NCBI RefSeq assembly: GCF_000150275.1
Contig: NW_002060948.1
Coordinates: 1,982,918-2,046,917 of the forward strand
DNA: 64,000 nt
From: Trichoplax adhaerens
Lineage: Eukaryota; Animalia; Placozoa
Direction: 5' to 3'
Shown here: one piece after another, positions 51,824 to 64,000 of the stretch
Position numbering within the stretch: position 1 is the stretch's first letter
How the letters are laid out: every line of letters starts with the position of its first letter
The notes under the pieces: generated by a model
Databases searched by the model: none
Told to the model about the DNA's origin: nothing
The model's input: only the letters and a program-made list of their open reading frames with translations
Translations under genes and position numbers: made by a program

Positions 51824-54504
51824 ATGCCTTCCATCGAGACTACAAATAAACGCCGACAGCGCCATAAGAAAAAATGGTACAAATTCGAACCGACCGAGAT
51901 TAGCGCTTGGATTCGAGTTCCTTTCTTTATTGTCTGCTTGTTAACATGGGTAAATGATATGATAGACTATTCTATACAGCGTTCAATGCATAATAAACAC
52001 GATCATTTTTACGCAACTTTATTAGTGTAGTAAGTCTGAAGTACAACCTATGGACAACATTGTCCTGATGGTTTACCTGACGATGTGGTCAATATAAACA
52101 GTTGGTATCAAGATACGTAAACAGTACTTTCGTGAAAGCAAGGCACCAATGGAATCATAGTAAAATGTACAATGCAGATTAAATCGATCGTATTAAAGCG
52201 TATACTGTATTACAGAATAGTAGTAAATCTTATTTAGAGATGACCAACACTATATGCGCTAAACATTCAACATGTAAGAATGGATGCTCATGTAGAGCTG
52301 CTACACTACATGTAGACTGTAATGGAATGACGACAGCGACACAAGCCAATTATTATCACTGTGCTACTTGTTGATCGTTTATTACCTTTAAAATACCTCC
52401 ATCCTAATGAACAATGTTCAATTCTGTGCTGTACTCATTCGATAGATTTATTATTGAACTATAAATTCTCCATCAGTTGATAGGATGCATTTCGTTAGGC
52501 ATTGGCATTTGGGCCGAAGTGCAATCTGCCAATCTACGCCCTACTACTGCCAATGGTAAAGTAAATTCACAAATCGCAAACTGGACATCTGGACCTGCCA
52601 TCATCTTGATTGTAATGGGCTTGATGGGCTTTATTATGGGTTTCTTAGGCTGTGTTGGTGCTTTAAGAGAAAATCTTTGCATGCTGTATACGGTATAAAT
52701 AACATCGCAATCAATACAATAACAATTCATAGGAAGGCTAGATTGCTATTCAATCATTTAGCAAACCCCACATTGATTTAGTTTAATCTCATTAATCTTA
52801 TCCTGTCAAGCTACTTATAGGAGTAATTGTGCCATCAATAATCAATTCATAATAGCTTAAAATTGATGATGTATTCTCCTTTTCCTCTCTTATCGTTAGT
52901 TTCTAGTATCGGCTACTATTATTCTCATACTGCAAATTGTAGCTCCAATTCTGGCTTATGTCTTATCACAGGAGGTAAGATTGCAAACACTGTACCAGAT
53001 CCTATACTAAAAACTTCGGTAGCTATTACCGCACATAGTTTATTTCGCTATCAACATGATAGAATATAAGTACTAAACGACTATACTTTGCTGTTGCAAA
53101 TGATTACATGATTTTCTACAGACTAAACTGTATGTTGTTTTCTATCTTTACAACTAGTATGTTACTGCTTGACCGATATGATGATCAAATTTATCGGAAG
53201 TAATCTTCGCGGTCATTACTATACTTTACCAATGACTCAGTGTAATTTTATTCACTGCTGTCAACTAGTAAATCGGTTTATGAAGTTTTACAATCTTTAA
53301 GTTATTAGTATTCGCTACTACTATCAGTAAAATTGTAAAAGAAAAGACGACTCGAGTCAAGCTTTCAATTTGTCGGTGAAATATTTGCGTCTACGCTTCT
53401 ATTATAATTCAGGCCACGAATTTAGCCAATACTGCCGTTAGAAGTTCAATCACAGACTACAGAGCCAATGCTGACTTGGAACGATTAATTAACTATATCC
53501 AAACAAGTGTAAGTTGCTCATCGTTTGAATCCTGAAAATTTTAGGAATGCTCTCCTTGGGTATACAGCATATACTGGATATTAAGATAAACGTAGCAAAG
53601 GATAATTTATTTACCGACAGCTAATACTACACTGTACAAACAAAATTAGTTCTTGCGATATCGATTGGCCTCTTCTTTATCTCACCTATATCATTGTAAA
53701 ATATAGCTAAAATGTTGTGGTGGCGCTAATTACAATGATTGGGAGTTTAACATCTACTTCAACTGTACTAGCCCTGGACCAGAGAGTTGTGGCGTACCCT
53801 ACTCATGCTGTATTAATTATACTATATCGGTTAGTATGATAATTATAGAAATTTATCTTTCATTTGTAGAACATTCTTTATATACGACATATTACATCGG
53901 TTCAGTTCAAAACTTACCTTTGGTGGATTTTTATAATAGGGTTCTATTAATTCGCAGTGCGGCTATGGAAGTAGAAGACTAACAGTAAGCTTACAACTGA
54001 CATCGTCTAAGACATTTCACACTTTAAGATATTGGTTATATACTTTGTAACTCTTACGCCTAATACTTTAATCTTATATAACCTATTTTTAATATGTTCA
54101 ATTCCCTCTCAAGTCTAAATCGTTTTATCTATTTTCCGTACAGCAACTTCAAGCCAGAACTAGGATTTATACTAACGGCTGTACTGATTCCGTCAAGGCA
54201 TTAATTAGGAATAACCTATATTGGTTCATTGGAATTGGGTTTGGATTATGCTTAATTCAGGTAGAGAAATACAAAATGTCGATTTATTATTTTGAAATCA
54301 CTTGATCGATATAGTTTATAGTTAATTACTACAATAATAAATGCTTATTTGAATTTGGGATATTTTTTGCCTTAGTTGGCAGTTTTAGTCTTATGTGGTA
54401 AGCTAATTCAAGAGATTAAGGCAGTTAAAACGGATTATGAACAGTACTACAATGACGTCGGAACGTGGCCTGGTGGAAATACCGGTGAAAATGCTGGTGT
54501 TTGA
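51824..54504 (+). CDS. Tetraspanin, TspanC8 subgroup (TSPAN5/14/15/17/33-like)
   Basis: Exons 51824-51949, 52477-52692 (GFLGCVGALRENLCML), 52900-52974, 53413-53508 (YRANADLERLINYIQ), 53707-53829 (CCGGANYNDWEFNIYFNCTSPGPESCGVPYSCC), 53940-53984 (INSQCGY), 54144-54260 (IYTNGC), 54376-54504 (TGA). Eight Cys in the large extracellular loop. Confidence 0.93.
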
Positions 54505-56606
54505 CGCATAGAAACTGCAAAGTGCAATCTATGGCTTGGCTTTATAAAGCGTATTTGTACTAGAATATTGATAAGATGGGGAAACACAAGCTGTTTATTA
54601 ATTAGCCATTAGAGCGTGGTATTGCTGCCTTGACTAATTATGCAGACGATGACTTTACCCCATCTTCTACGTATTTATCTTACTATTAATATGCACTTAT
54701 CTTACATACTGTTCTTTATCGTACTACGCGTATTACTAAATATAAGCAAATTGTTGTGAGGCTATCATTATATTATATGCTATACAGTAGTTTTGTTGAC
54801 AATACGGTTGACATACTGTAACTGTGTTAACGTATAATGGTTAAAATTGTAGATCTAGTAGCATTGTTCTTACACAACATACAGCATGAATAAGGTAACC
54901 AATTTGATGATATGACTACTCTATTGATAAGTATATGCGTGGTTAATGAATGAAAACAAATGTTGAACAAGAGAATAGCTTCCTTTCTGTATTTAATCTT
55001 GTCATTTGAGTACCTTATTTGTACACGTTTGTTTTGTACTGCGGTTCTTGTAAAGTTGTACTACAGCGTAGAGGTTACTTATTCTACTTTTATAGAAGGC
55101 AATTGTTATATTTTATGTTTTGATTGACTGATTTAATTTTATTGCATTGGTTTGCACTTCTTGTGTGGCGTAGTAGCGAATAGTTATAACTTGATTATAT
55201 GTGATAACGAGTAATTACGCTCGCCATCCGTTGTATGATAACGATTAGACAGTTTATTTGTGAGGGTCAAGTATTTTTTAACGTTATAATAATAAAAGAT
55301 ACCATCTTTTCTGGAAGCAAATCTCTATATCATCTTAATTACTCCAGTTTATACAACAAATCGATAATAAGACGATAATTTATCAATGTGTTGTGTCAAA
55401 ATGCAGTGATAGTAAAACTTTACGCCTACTACTACTTTTGAAGGAAGGAATTCGTCGTATTTTAGATATAATTAGGGATCCCCAACGGTCGGTTCAACTC
55501 AGTCTGGCACGCAATTTTTAAAACAGTTTACATTTTTAAAGTCAATTATAGGTATTATAACTTTATTTTTAGAATTTTAAAATGAATTAACATGAAGGAT
55601 TGAAATTGAAATTACAGTAATTTAGGATTGTTGAGTTTGATAGTTTAAGGTTAAAAATTATTATTTATGCTTTATGATAGTACGGTACTGTATAAGGGCT
55701 AGTTCTGCTGGCAGGCCAACTAATCTATTACTCATAACTTAAAAATACAAGTTTATCACATTGCTATATTGTTATAGCGCTGTACTGTAAGCCACAGCCT
55801 TTTTAACTTTCAATGAATAAAAGATACGATGATTGAAAAGTAACTGCCATTACAATTACAATGTACTCATCTTCATAGTCAACATTACCATGAAAATAAA
55901 ATCAAGCAACATATCTTGTAACCTTTCCATAATAAATAATATAATATCAATCCCACGTCATATAGCACAGAAGAATTACAAGCACTTGCGCTGCACGTGA
56001 ATATCTAATAACCTTTCCTACCGTACATATAGACGGGTAGACACGATGTCAATATTACTGTATGACTTTCTCTTACAACGTGACCGTAGCTTTTCTTAAT
56101 TAGTCCTACTATCATAGTAATGCTATGAGTACACAATCAGCAGACTAAATCAAGAGACAGACGAACATCGTAAAATTATGAGCAAACATGACAGCATTCT
56201 AATAATAACGTTTAAAAAAGATAAGTTTAACTCGGTAAGTATTCAGAATCATTACAGTATTTAAGCTATTCTCTACACTTCAATTCAAGATGGATCTCGC
56301 CAGTAGTGAAGGGTAGCAGTCCGTCAATAAATACTACTATTACTATTATCATTATTATTTATTTCATAAAATCATCTACTATAGAGTCGTTGCAATGAAA
56401 TCAAGCTGAGAATTATACTATAACTAACAAAAGTATTTTTTTTTCGAAGCTGAAATCATCGTAATAATACTGAACGCACCAGTCTAAGGCGGTATAGACC
56501 CTATATCGTAGGGCTATCCAAAATTTGCCAGCTAGATTGAAATTGATTCATTCTTGACAACGACAGATAAATAGTAAGAGCGTCCAATCATAATTCTATC
56601 TGTGCT

Positions 56607-57542
56607 TTAAGGCAATGTAAAGGGTGAAGGACTTGATCCAAATTGATTCCTCGTGGATAGGCTATTAGTACTTGCACTGGTTATCATAGTCATTGTTGTC
56701 GTGGTAGATGTATTATCCAGTTTATTGGATGAGAAGTCGGTCAGGTTACCAGCAGAGACGACACCAGAATTGACAAATAAGCTTTTCAAGACGGATAATT
56801 CTTTTGTTAATAGTGATAACTTTGTCTTTAATTCTTCATTCTCCATGCTTAATTGCATGACCCTTTCTTGGGTTTCCATCGATTTTAGCTTCGTCTTCTT
56901 GCGGCTCTTTCGTACCGCTTCATTATTGCGTTCACGCTTACGACGGTATTCATCACTGTATTTATTCAATGATTTCCTACTGTTACTACCGCTGCCAGCG
57001 TCTAAAGATTCTGTTAGTAGATCTATATCTTCATCAGGTGTAATTGCTGCTGATTGCCTTGTGTTGTGATCGCTGGCCACTATGTTTGTCATAGTCGACA
57101 TGGCACCAGCTGTAGTCGATGTTGTGGTACTAGTTGTAACAACATTGGTATCGTCGTAACTTTTTAAGGATAAATTCTTATAATTATTGACCATACTTGC
57201 AGTTGCAGGATTAGCACAGGTAGTAGAAGAAAATGAGTTAACAACCGTAGTGATTGTAGGATCAGCAGGTGATTCTGATACCAATCGAAATAGTAAATCT
57301 TCGTCAGCAAGATTGGATTTGGGTTGATGAATATTAGTTACGTTGGCAGTGACGAAATACGAGGCTAAATCGATCGATGATTCGTTGGCAAGTATTTCTA
57401 ATTGAGTAGAGCCACTGATTTCTCCACGAAGATCACTTCTATCCAGTAATTTCTCTTCTTGCGGATTACAATTACGAGTACTACCTTGATAATAACTGAA
57501 AGGAAGGCAAGAACGTGAGTATCGATCTACTTTACGATCCAT
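56607..57542 (-). CDS. C/EBP family bZIP transcription factor (alpha/beta/delta/epsilon-like, with activation-domain motifs); intronless CDS, 311 aa from the first in-frame ATG
   Basis: Basic region and zipper KYSDEYRRKRERNNEAVRKSRKKTK...VMQLSMENEELKTKLSLLTKELSVLKSLF. N-terminal NESSIDLASYF and DEDLLFRL resemble C/EBP activation boxes (ETSIDISAYI, DEFLADLF). The ORF-track start at 57632 is TTG; the first ATG is 57542. Confidence 0.93.
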   Translation of the reverse strand: MDRKVDRYSRSCLPFSYYQGSTRNCNPQEEKLLDRSDLRGEISGSTQLEILANESSIDLASYFVTANVTNIHQPKSNLADEDLLFRLVSESPADPTITTVVNSFSSTTCANPATASMVNNYKNLSLKSYDDTNVVTTSTTTSTTAGAMSTMTNIVASDHNTRQSAAITPDEDIDLLTESLDAGSGSNSRKSLNKYSDEYRRKRERNNEAVRKSRKKTKLKSMETQERVMQLSMENEELKTKLSLLTKELSVLKSLFVNSGVVSAGNLTDFSSNKLDNTSTTTTMTMITSASTNSLSTRNQFGSSPSPFTLP

Positions 57543-57574
57543 CAAGCCGTCGTCGTAGACGATCGGTGTGTCAT
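57542..57574 (-). other. Upstream ORF (10 codons, MTHRSSTTTA) whose TGA overlaps the C/EBP ATG
   Basis: Minus strand reads ATG ACA CAC CGA TCG TCT ACG ACG ACG GCT TGA TG. It is out of frame with the CDS, and the A of TGA is the A of the main ATG. Confidence 0.8.
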
Positions 57575-58045
57575 TCAATCCTGCACTAGGCAGGCGATAG
57601 GAATAATAAGCTGAAAGGTCCAGCCTTTCCAATTGTAGCGAGCGACAACTGAAATAGTTGACGACCGATTCTCGATGTCAGTAGATTACTGTACCGTAGA
57701 AAAATACAGTACCGATCACACAATACTGTGCAGTATAGTGTACAGTACAACGTCAACAGAATAGAAATATTCAATGAAAGGATAAATAAATAAATTGTTG
57801 CAATCCTACAGATATACAGGAAAGTATAGACGTACAGTAGAGAGAGGGGAAAAAAAGTACCCTGCTGAACAAAATAAGACGGAAAGAATTAATTAAAAAA
57901 GAAGGTAGCAATCGGTTGAAGAATCCAATCTGTAAGTGGACTATTCAACTCGACTATTTAGTTAAGGTAAGCTGTCAAGGAAACTCGGGTAAGTTTCCCT
58001 CAGTCTACGCCAAAGGATATGATAGAATGTGGGTGTAGTGTTGAT

Positions 58046-58095
58046 CTTTTTAAGACGTTGACTAATCTGTAGCAACTGTCTACGCGCGTCCAATC
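58046..58095 (-). promoter_or_regulatory. Candidate C/EBP core promoter (TATA-like CTTAAAAAG plus a CCAAT box)
   Basis: CTTAAAAAG on the minus strand at 58054-58046 and CCAAT at 58090-58094, near the upstream end of the AUG-free leader. An alternative TATATAAATA lies at 58830-58821. Confidence 0.3.
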
Positions 58096-59247
58096 CCCCA
58101 AAAACCAAAAAAATAGGAGGGGTATATCAACTTGTTAATACTGCATCTATCAACTTGTGCGTACAATATAACTTGAAGGCATTAGCAAATTGAAAAACTT
58201 GTATGAATCATAAAGTAAGAATATTGAGTAAGTTTGTAATTAAAAAGAATTGAAAAGAAAAAACAACAACAGCTTACTCTACTCCAATACAATCTTAATA
58301 TCTGTAGTTATAATAGTGACAAATAGAAGGAAACAACACAGAAGTAGACACATAAAAAAGAAAAAACACACAAGAAAAATGGACTACTATAATTGAGGCA
58401 GTATACCAAAAAGGTTGTTATGATGAAAAGATGTTCAACTATCGGACATGTGTAGGCGTCGAATCGCCGGTGTACTATACTAGACGATGCGTTATCGTGA
58501 TTGGAATCAATGATCAAAATTAGTCGTGTAGCAATGTTGGCAATGTGAGCGTATTACAAAGGTGAGGCAGACTTGCTTGGGCCAACAAGTTTACAAGAGA
58601 CGAGAAAGAAGGCAAAAAAAAAAAAAAGTAAAATAAGAGGGCAGAGAGGCAAGTCAAGGGTCGATGATAGGCAATAAGAGGGAAAAGAATAAGTGGAAAG
58701 CAAGTGCAAGCAAGAAAAAGTCTACAGTGCGTTGAAAAAGTGGCAAAGTGATGCTAGTCCAAATGTGCAAGCAAACATCGATTTGGATTTACCTTGATAT
58801 TTCAACACGCCACTACAGCTTATTTATATAGCCTTGGACAATTTGTTCCAGGAATAGTATTTTTAAATGTTCACTTAACCACTTGGCTGCAAAGTTCTAT
58901 TCCGGGCGTTCCCACCGCCACAAGATGCTCATTAACCAACTAACTTAATTGCCCCCGAGTAATTGGATTTGATGAAAAGAAAATTCTTCCTTTCCAATTA
59001 TCTTCAATCACTTGTTTTGGAATTTTGTCGCTACTAATATGGAGACGACGAGCGGACAATGCCCCTAATATATATGGTAGGGCAAGGAGGGTTGATCTAA
59101 AAATAGATTGCTGCCGGGGTGGGATGATGCAATCATCGGTCACAACCAGTCGACGAGTCGTGGTCAGCATGCCACGATCGGCAGGCAGGTCGGGTGAATG
59201 CGCAGGGGTACTGAATCGACATGGTGGATTGACGGTACTGAAGGCTC

Positions 59248-59725
59248 AAGTGCTGTGACGTGTCCAAGCACTGTACAGTGTACAGTCGAAGAGAGTCTCC
59301 AGCGTACCGTACCGTACCGTACTGGGTGGTTCCGTTTCGTTCCGTTTGCGAAGTAGAACATCATATAACGTCATGTTGTCGTACTGTACCCACTCAGAGT
59401 ACAGGATCTGACCAGACCATGAAAACCTGTCAGGACAGTACTGTACACTGTACTGACTGAAGTGCTGTGACCTGTTCAAGCACTCTACAGTGTAGAGGAG
59501 AGACCCTCTATGAAAAGAGAGTCTCCAGCGTACCGTACCGTACTGGACCGTTTCGTTCCGTTTGCGGAGTAGAACATCATATAACGTCATGTTGTCGTAC
59601 TGTACTGTACTGTACTGTACCCACTCAGAGTACAGGATCTGACCAGACCATGAAAACCTGTCAGTACAGTGTACACTGTACAGTACTGTACTGTACTGAC
59701 TGAAGTGCGGTGACCTGTCCAAGTG
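59248..59725. repeat. Tandem duplication (about 210-240-bp unit, two copies plus a partial one) built on TACCG/TACAG pentamers
   Basis: gagagtctccagcgtaccgtaccgtac...ccgtttcgttccgtttgcg...cccactcagagtacaggatctgaccagaccatgaaaacctgtcag starts at about 59290 and again at about 59516. Confidence 0.93.
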
Positions 59726-62700
59726 TCCATGGTCAGTAACTAGACAGTACTGTACAGTCTACAGTCTACAGTACTGTAGACTGCAGTTGGAATCGTACTG
59801 TACGGTACTGCACTTCAGTCCGAATGAAACCAATTGGCACTTGCTAAGGTCAGAAGTGAGAGGGACCCTCCCATCGATGGTATTTCACACCAGTGTTGAG
59901 AAGACCGCACCCGCGGCTCTGCTCATCCTTCATGAGCAGCAAATCCAAGACTGCAGTTCATGTTGTCAACATGAACTGCAGTAGTCCAGCTAGTCGACAA
60001 GCTTTTCAAACTGGTCTTAATTCACCTTCACCCTGATAAATGCAAAATAGTACAATTTCCCATACCTCCGGCAGTGATCAAGTGGCTATTAAGGGTAAAC
60101 TAAGGGACAACCATCTATTACTTCCGTCCGTAGCTGACAAGAAATCATGACTCCAGTTTTTTCTAGCATTTCGTCAGTTTCATCTTAATTCATTCATTCA
60201 TTGAAAGCTGCACCAGCGCAAATGAGTGCAAAATACGGTAGTCAACAATGTTTACTACAACGGGGAACGGGCGCCGCGTATTCGACAATTAAAAATATCG
60301 CTCGCCATATGTACGCGTATATTCTATTTTAAATCAAGTGAATGAATGATTACAAGAAATCATCATTGTCCCATCTCGTCGATAATACCAGCAACAACAA
60401 TATTAACAATAACAACGCATACACCAATACCCATAAAACCGAAATAGCAAAAGTGTCAATTCGATAATGATAGTAAATTATATTAAAATGCCATTTCCAA
60501 ATAAAGACTGTACCATAGAAATTTTCAACCATCAAAAATCAAATTCAAATTTTCAGATATTCTTTCTTGCTTTTACATTTAGAGAAGCAACAAAACTCAT
60601 CGACTTGCCAACAGAGTTGGCATACGCGTATAGCCTATCGAAGTTACAATAAAGTGAACTAGACAAGTCAATATATGCACATTATATGTTAGACTGCGCT
60701 GGTAAACAAAGCATTATATTTATTGACGAATAGTATTCGATGCAGTCCTACTAGGAAAGACAATTTCAACGCTATGTTATCCATTGCGCTAAAGCCGATA
60801 ACGCTAATGAGTGACTACTGTTTATAGAATAGAAAAGAGATGCGTGTTTTCCTAATCTTACAATTTTCCATAGTTTATTCAACAATTATCGAACAAGACG
60901 TATCGTAATGTGATTAATCAATTCTAATATCATATAGTCTGTAGCATCGCTATGTTAGGCGTAACTGCGGTCTATTCACTAGCTGATCGATGGCCTATCA
61001 TCTCCAATCTCAACTTACAATCCATACGTGGTTAATATTCGACTTGAATAATACTTAATCTATAATCACATTATAATTGATCAAGTTATCGTAAAGCAAT
61101 TACATTTGCTCGGTAAGTGGTCGTCTTAAATGCCTACAGTAGTACGCTAAATAATGGAGATGATAAATAGTAGTCAAGTACAAAAATGGTAGTATTTGTA
61201 TTGAACATTTGATATTTTATGATCAACATCAATTGGAACATAAAAATCATTTTACTAAGCCACCTAAAGTAGTTGTAAGTATCCTGTTTATCAGGGAACT
61301 ATGATTCAATGCTTGGTATTATACAATCTGGCTATAGTATCGATCGAGAATGATAGCAATAACGATCAACTTAAGTAGTAGTAGTAGTAATGTCAATAAG
61401 GATTTCTTATAATTTCAAATAATCGTTTTTTTAATTTAATTACCATCCGATGAGCTAAATCAATCCTTTTTGTACTAATGCCATTTATAGATATGAGCTG
61501 TCAGTACAATCTATTGTATAAGGATAATGCCATTAATAATTTAGCTTAGGTAGTATCACCCCAAAGACTACTATGCTCCATTCGTGACGCCTTTTCCAAC
61601 TGTTTATAGTATATCAATCAAATGATACATAAAACAAAAATGTTCTACGCCACAATCTATCAAACATATGCTACTACGATAAAAGAGAATAATTTTTTTA
61701 TTATTTTCTTTTAGGAGTTATTACCGCTGATGCTTCAATTGAAAAACTCTCCGTCCACCCTATTTTCTGTTCTAAAAAAAAATCAAAAATAAATATTCTA
61801 GAGATAATTTCATTAAAATAATTATAAATGATTGATTACTATATAAAAATAATCAATAAATTTTATGATGGCGTAATGACTCTATATCCAGACAGATAGT
61901 CATTAATTATATTGTAAGCATTACATAATTAAAATGAAATAGAAAGACACTGTGTTGTTAAAAAAAAATTCAATGCCTTCCTATCACTACTACTTGAATT
62001 CTATTTCATTGACAACTCTGATGCATACATATTGAACAACTATTACAACAATCAACGATTTTCGCATGATAAAATTAGTAAAATACCGAAATTATCATTC
62101 GCATAAATCTACGTAACGATAGACGGTACACATAATTTAACTAATATTATCAAGTACTCATCCACTCCATCTTGACCTTCCTAGTATACATCAAGATTGA
62201 TACCTTAAAATATTTGACTGAATATTTAAGTATATTATTCTATGACATGCAGCTGCCACTAATAGATGAATCTAAACTAAAAATTGTTAAAGTGTTGGTT
62301 TAATTTTAGCCATAAGCTTATATTCCATAAAAAGTCATCCACTCTTCCATTTTACTTAAGCTTATTGATGAATAAAATAATCTCTATTCAATTGCATCTC
62401 AAAATAGTTATTTTTATTTTCAATTGTATCTATTCTTAACTTTTTCTATCTTGTCAATCAATAATAGTATCTATTATTTCATTATATTAAAAAGGTATCA
62501 ATGATAACTATAAATTGACATAGACTTGATAGATGTTGATTGTTAAGCAGATTGAGTGTCATTCTAAGCAACCCCGAGGAATTAATCAATTAAAATACCC
62601 AAATCATTTTGAAAGTTTTCATTATAAAGCGGTATGTGCTTTTAAAATATAAATAACATTCTAAGTAATTGTTTCTGTATCTACTACTAAATCTAATTTA

Positions 62701-64000
62701 GTTGAAATTGCTACGAAATTATTTTTGAAATTGAAGTAAATCTCGTCTAAGAAATAATGATATAGTATTAACCTGCAATTTGTCAGTTACAGTAAATCCA
62801 TTGGAAGTGCAAGGTTTCTATTAAAATTAGCAACTTTAAAATTTCCCAAAAATGTTTTGTTATCAATACCAGAGGAAGTAAATAGTATCAGCAAATTATA
62901 AATTTATACTTTTATCAACTATCATGATCAATTTATTCAATGTTCAATCAAAATGTACTTACTTACTTACTTACTTACTCAATAAATTAATAACCGAAAT
63001 GAAATACTGTAAGAAAAGAATGAATCTCTATCACTACTATATTTCTACACAATATTTAAGACCATGCTATGTTTACGAGTTCAGTCATACAAAGCTGTCA
63101 AAATAACATGATCAATACTTAGTAACTAACATTTATTAACCATATACGGCAGTAGGATAAAATATCAACATAAGGTAGATGAGGCGTAAATTCACTATAA
63201 AGAATGATAAATAATGTCGTACAAAATACCCCGAGTGATTTGCTGAATATAGCCTAGAATGTCCAATCACTCTATCTATAATAGTAATAATATATACTGA
63301 CTCTATTGTACTCATTGCTATAATTTTAACTACTGCACCGTACTTTGATGGAAGGTTATATCAAATATAAAAGATTTTATCGTAGTTAAGTTATACAATT
63401 TATGCCGGAGGTGTAATTAATACTAGGCTCGGTCAATGTACTGCAGTAGCTGAAATGATTGCTTTGTTTATTTCATCCTTTTTATTCTAGTATTCAATAG
63501 TGTCGCATTTTTACTAGCAAAAATAGCAAACAATAAAGGTATGATAGATTGCCTAAAATTTATAGATCCATTTTTAATGCAATTAATTGCAGTAATTAAG
63601 TTTCTGATTGAAATAATGTCCATATTAGTCGCGATATTAAGTACTTTGTTGAATCACGTGCTATAAATTGAAAACAACATCATGTCTAAAGTTAAATTTA
63701 TTCGCAATTATATTTCTTTCAAGCTCAACAATACTGATCTTACGCTATAAATAACTTATTGTTGAGCTAATGTTTTGCTGTTGTAAATTCAACTTTAAAT
63801 ATATCTCATGAATCGCACTATTTTTACCCCATTTATATACAATAATAATCTTATCATAACATAAAACAACTTTTTTCTTAACTATCAGTAAGCTAAGAAT
63901 GGAAAGCTTTCTATATTATAAAATGAAATAATAACATAGCTTTACTGTAATATCCTGTATTACTATAGTGTTACAGAGCAATTAAGATTGAGTCGATTGC

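Noticed and set aside
56653-57069. 138-aa plus-strand ORF
   Set aside because: Antisense shadow of the C/EBP bZIP coding region; no independent support.
57790-58240. C/EBP-like sites (ttgttgcaat, attgagtaag) suggesting autoregulation
   Set aside because: Degenerate matches are expected by chance in AT-rich DNA.
62956-62980. (TTAC)n microsatellite and a 60-aa ORF
   Set aside because: Simple repeat with no coding evidence.

Overview
AT-rich, gene-dense eukaryotic (animal) DNA with many short GT-AG introns (mostly 70-110 nt). Gene content and architecture fit an early-branching metazoan, most plausibly a placozoan such as Trichoplax (inference, not verified). I assembled eight protein-coding genes by hand, checking splice sites and phases: a TRERF1/MIDEAS/ZNF541-type ELM2-SANT zinc-finger gene (+), TOMM20 (-), a PP2A B56 gamma/delta-type subunit (+), MEA1 (-), UNC79 (+), CXXC1/CFP1 (-), a TspanC8 tetraspanin (+) and a C/EBP bZIP factor with an intronless CDS (-). 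There are also several tandem arrays and clusters of 5-bp-periodic TACAG/CTGTA repeats at gene 5' ends. The main find is that the C/EBP gene shows the layout of the vertebrate C/EBPalpha/beta translational isoform switch: an in-frame non-AUG extension, a 10-codon out-of-frame uORF whose stop overlaps the main AUG (TGATG), then 345 nt with no AUG up to a strong-context in-frame AUG that would give an activation-domain-less bZIP isoform. Other highlights are the tail-to-tail PPP2R5-MEA1 pair as in human 6p21.1, a 4.5-kb terminal UNC79 exon, and a promoter-associated TACAG code. Family assignments rest on recalled motifs, not database searches. No RNA genes, CRISPR arrays or autonomous transposons were recognised.
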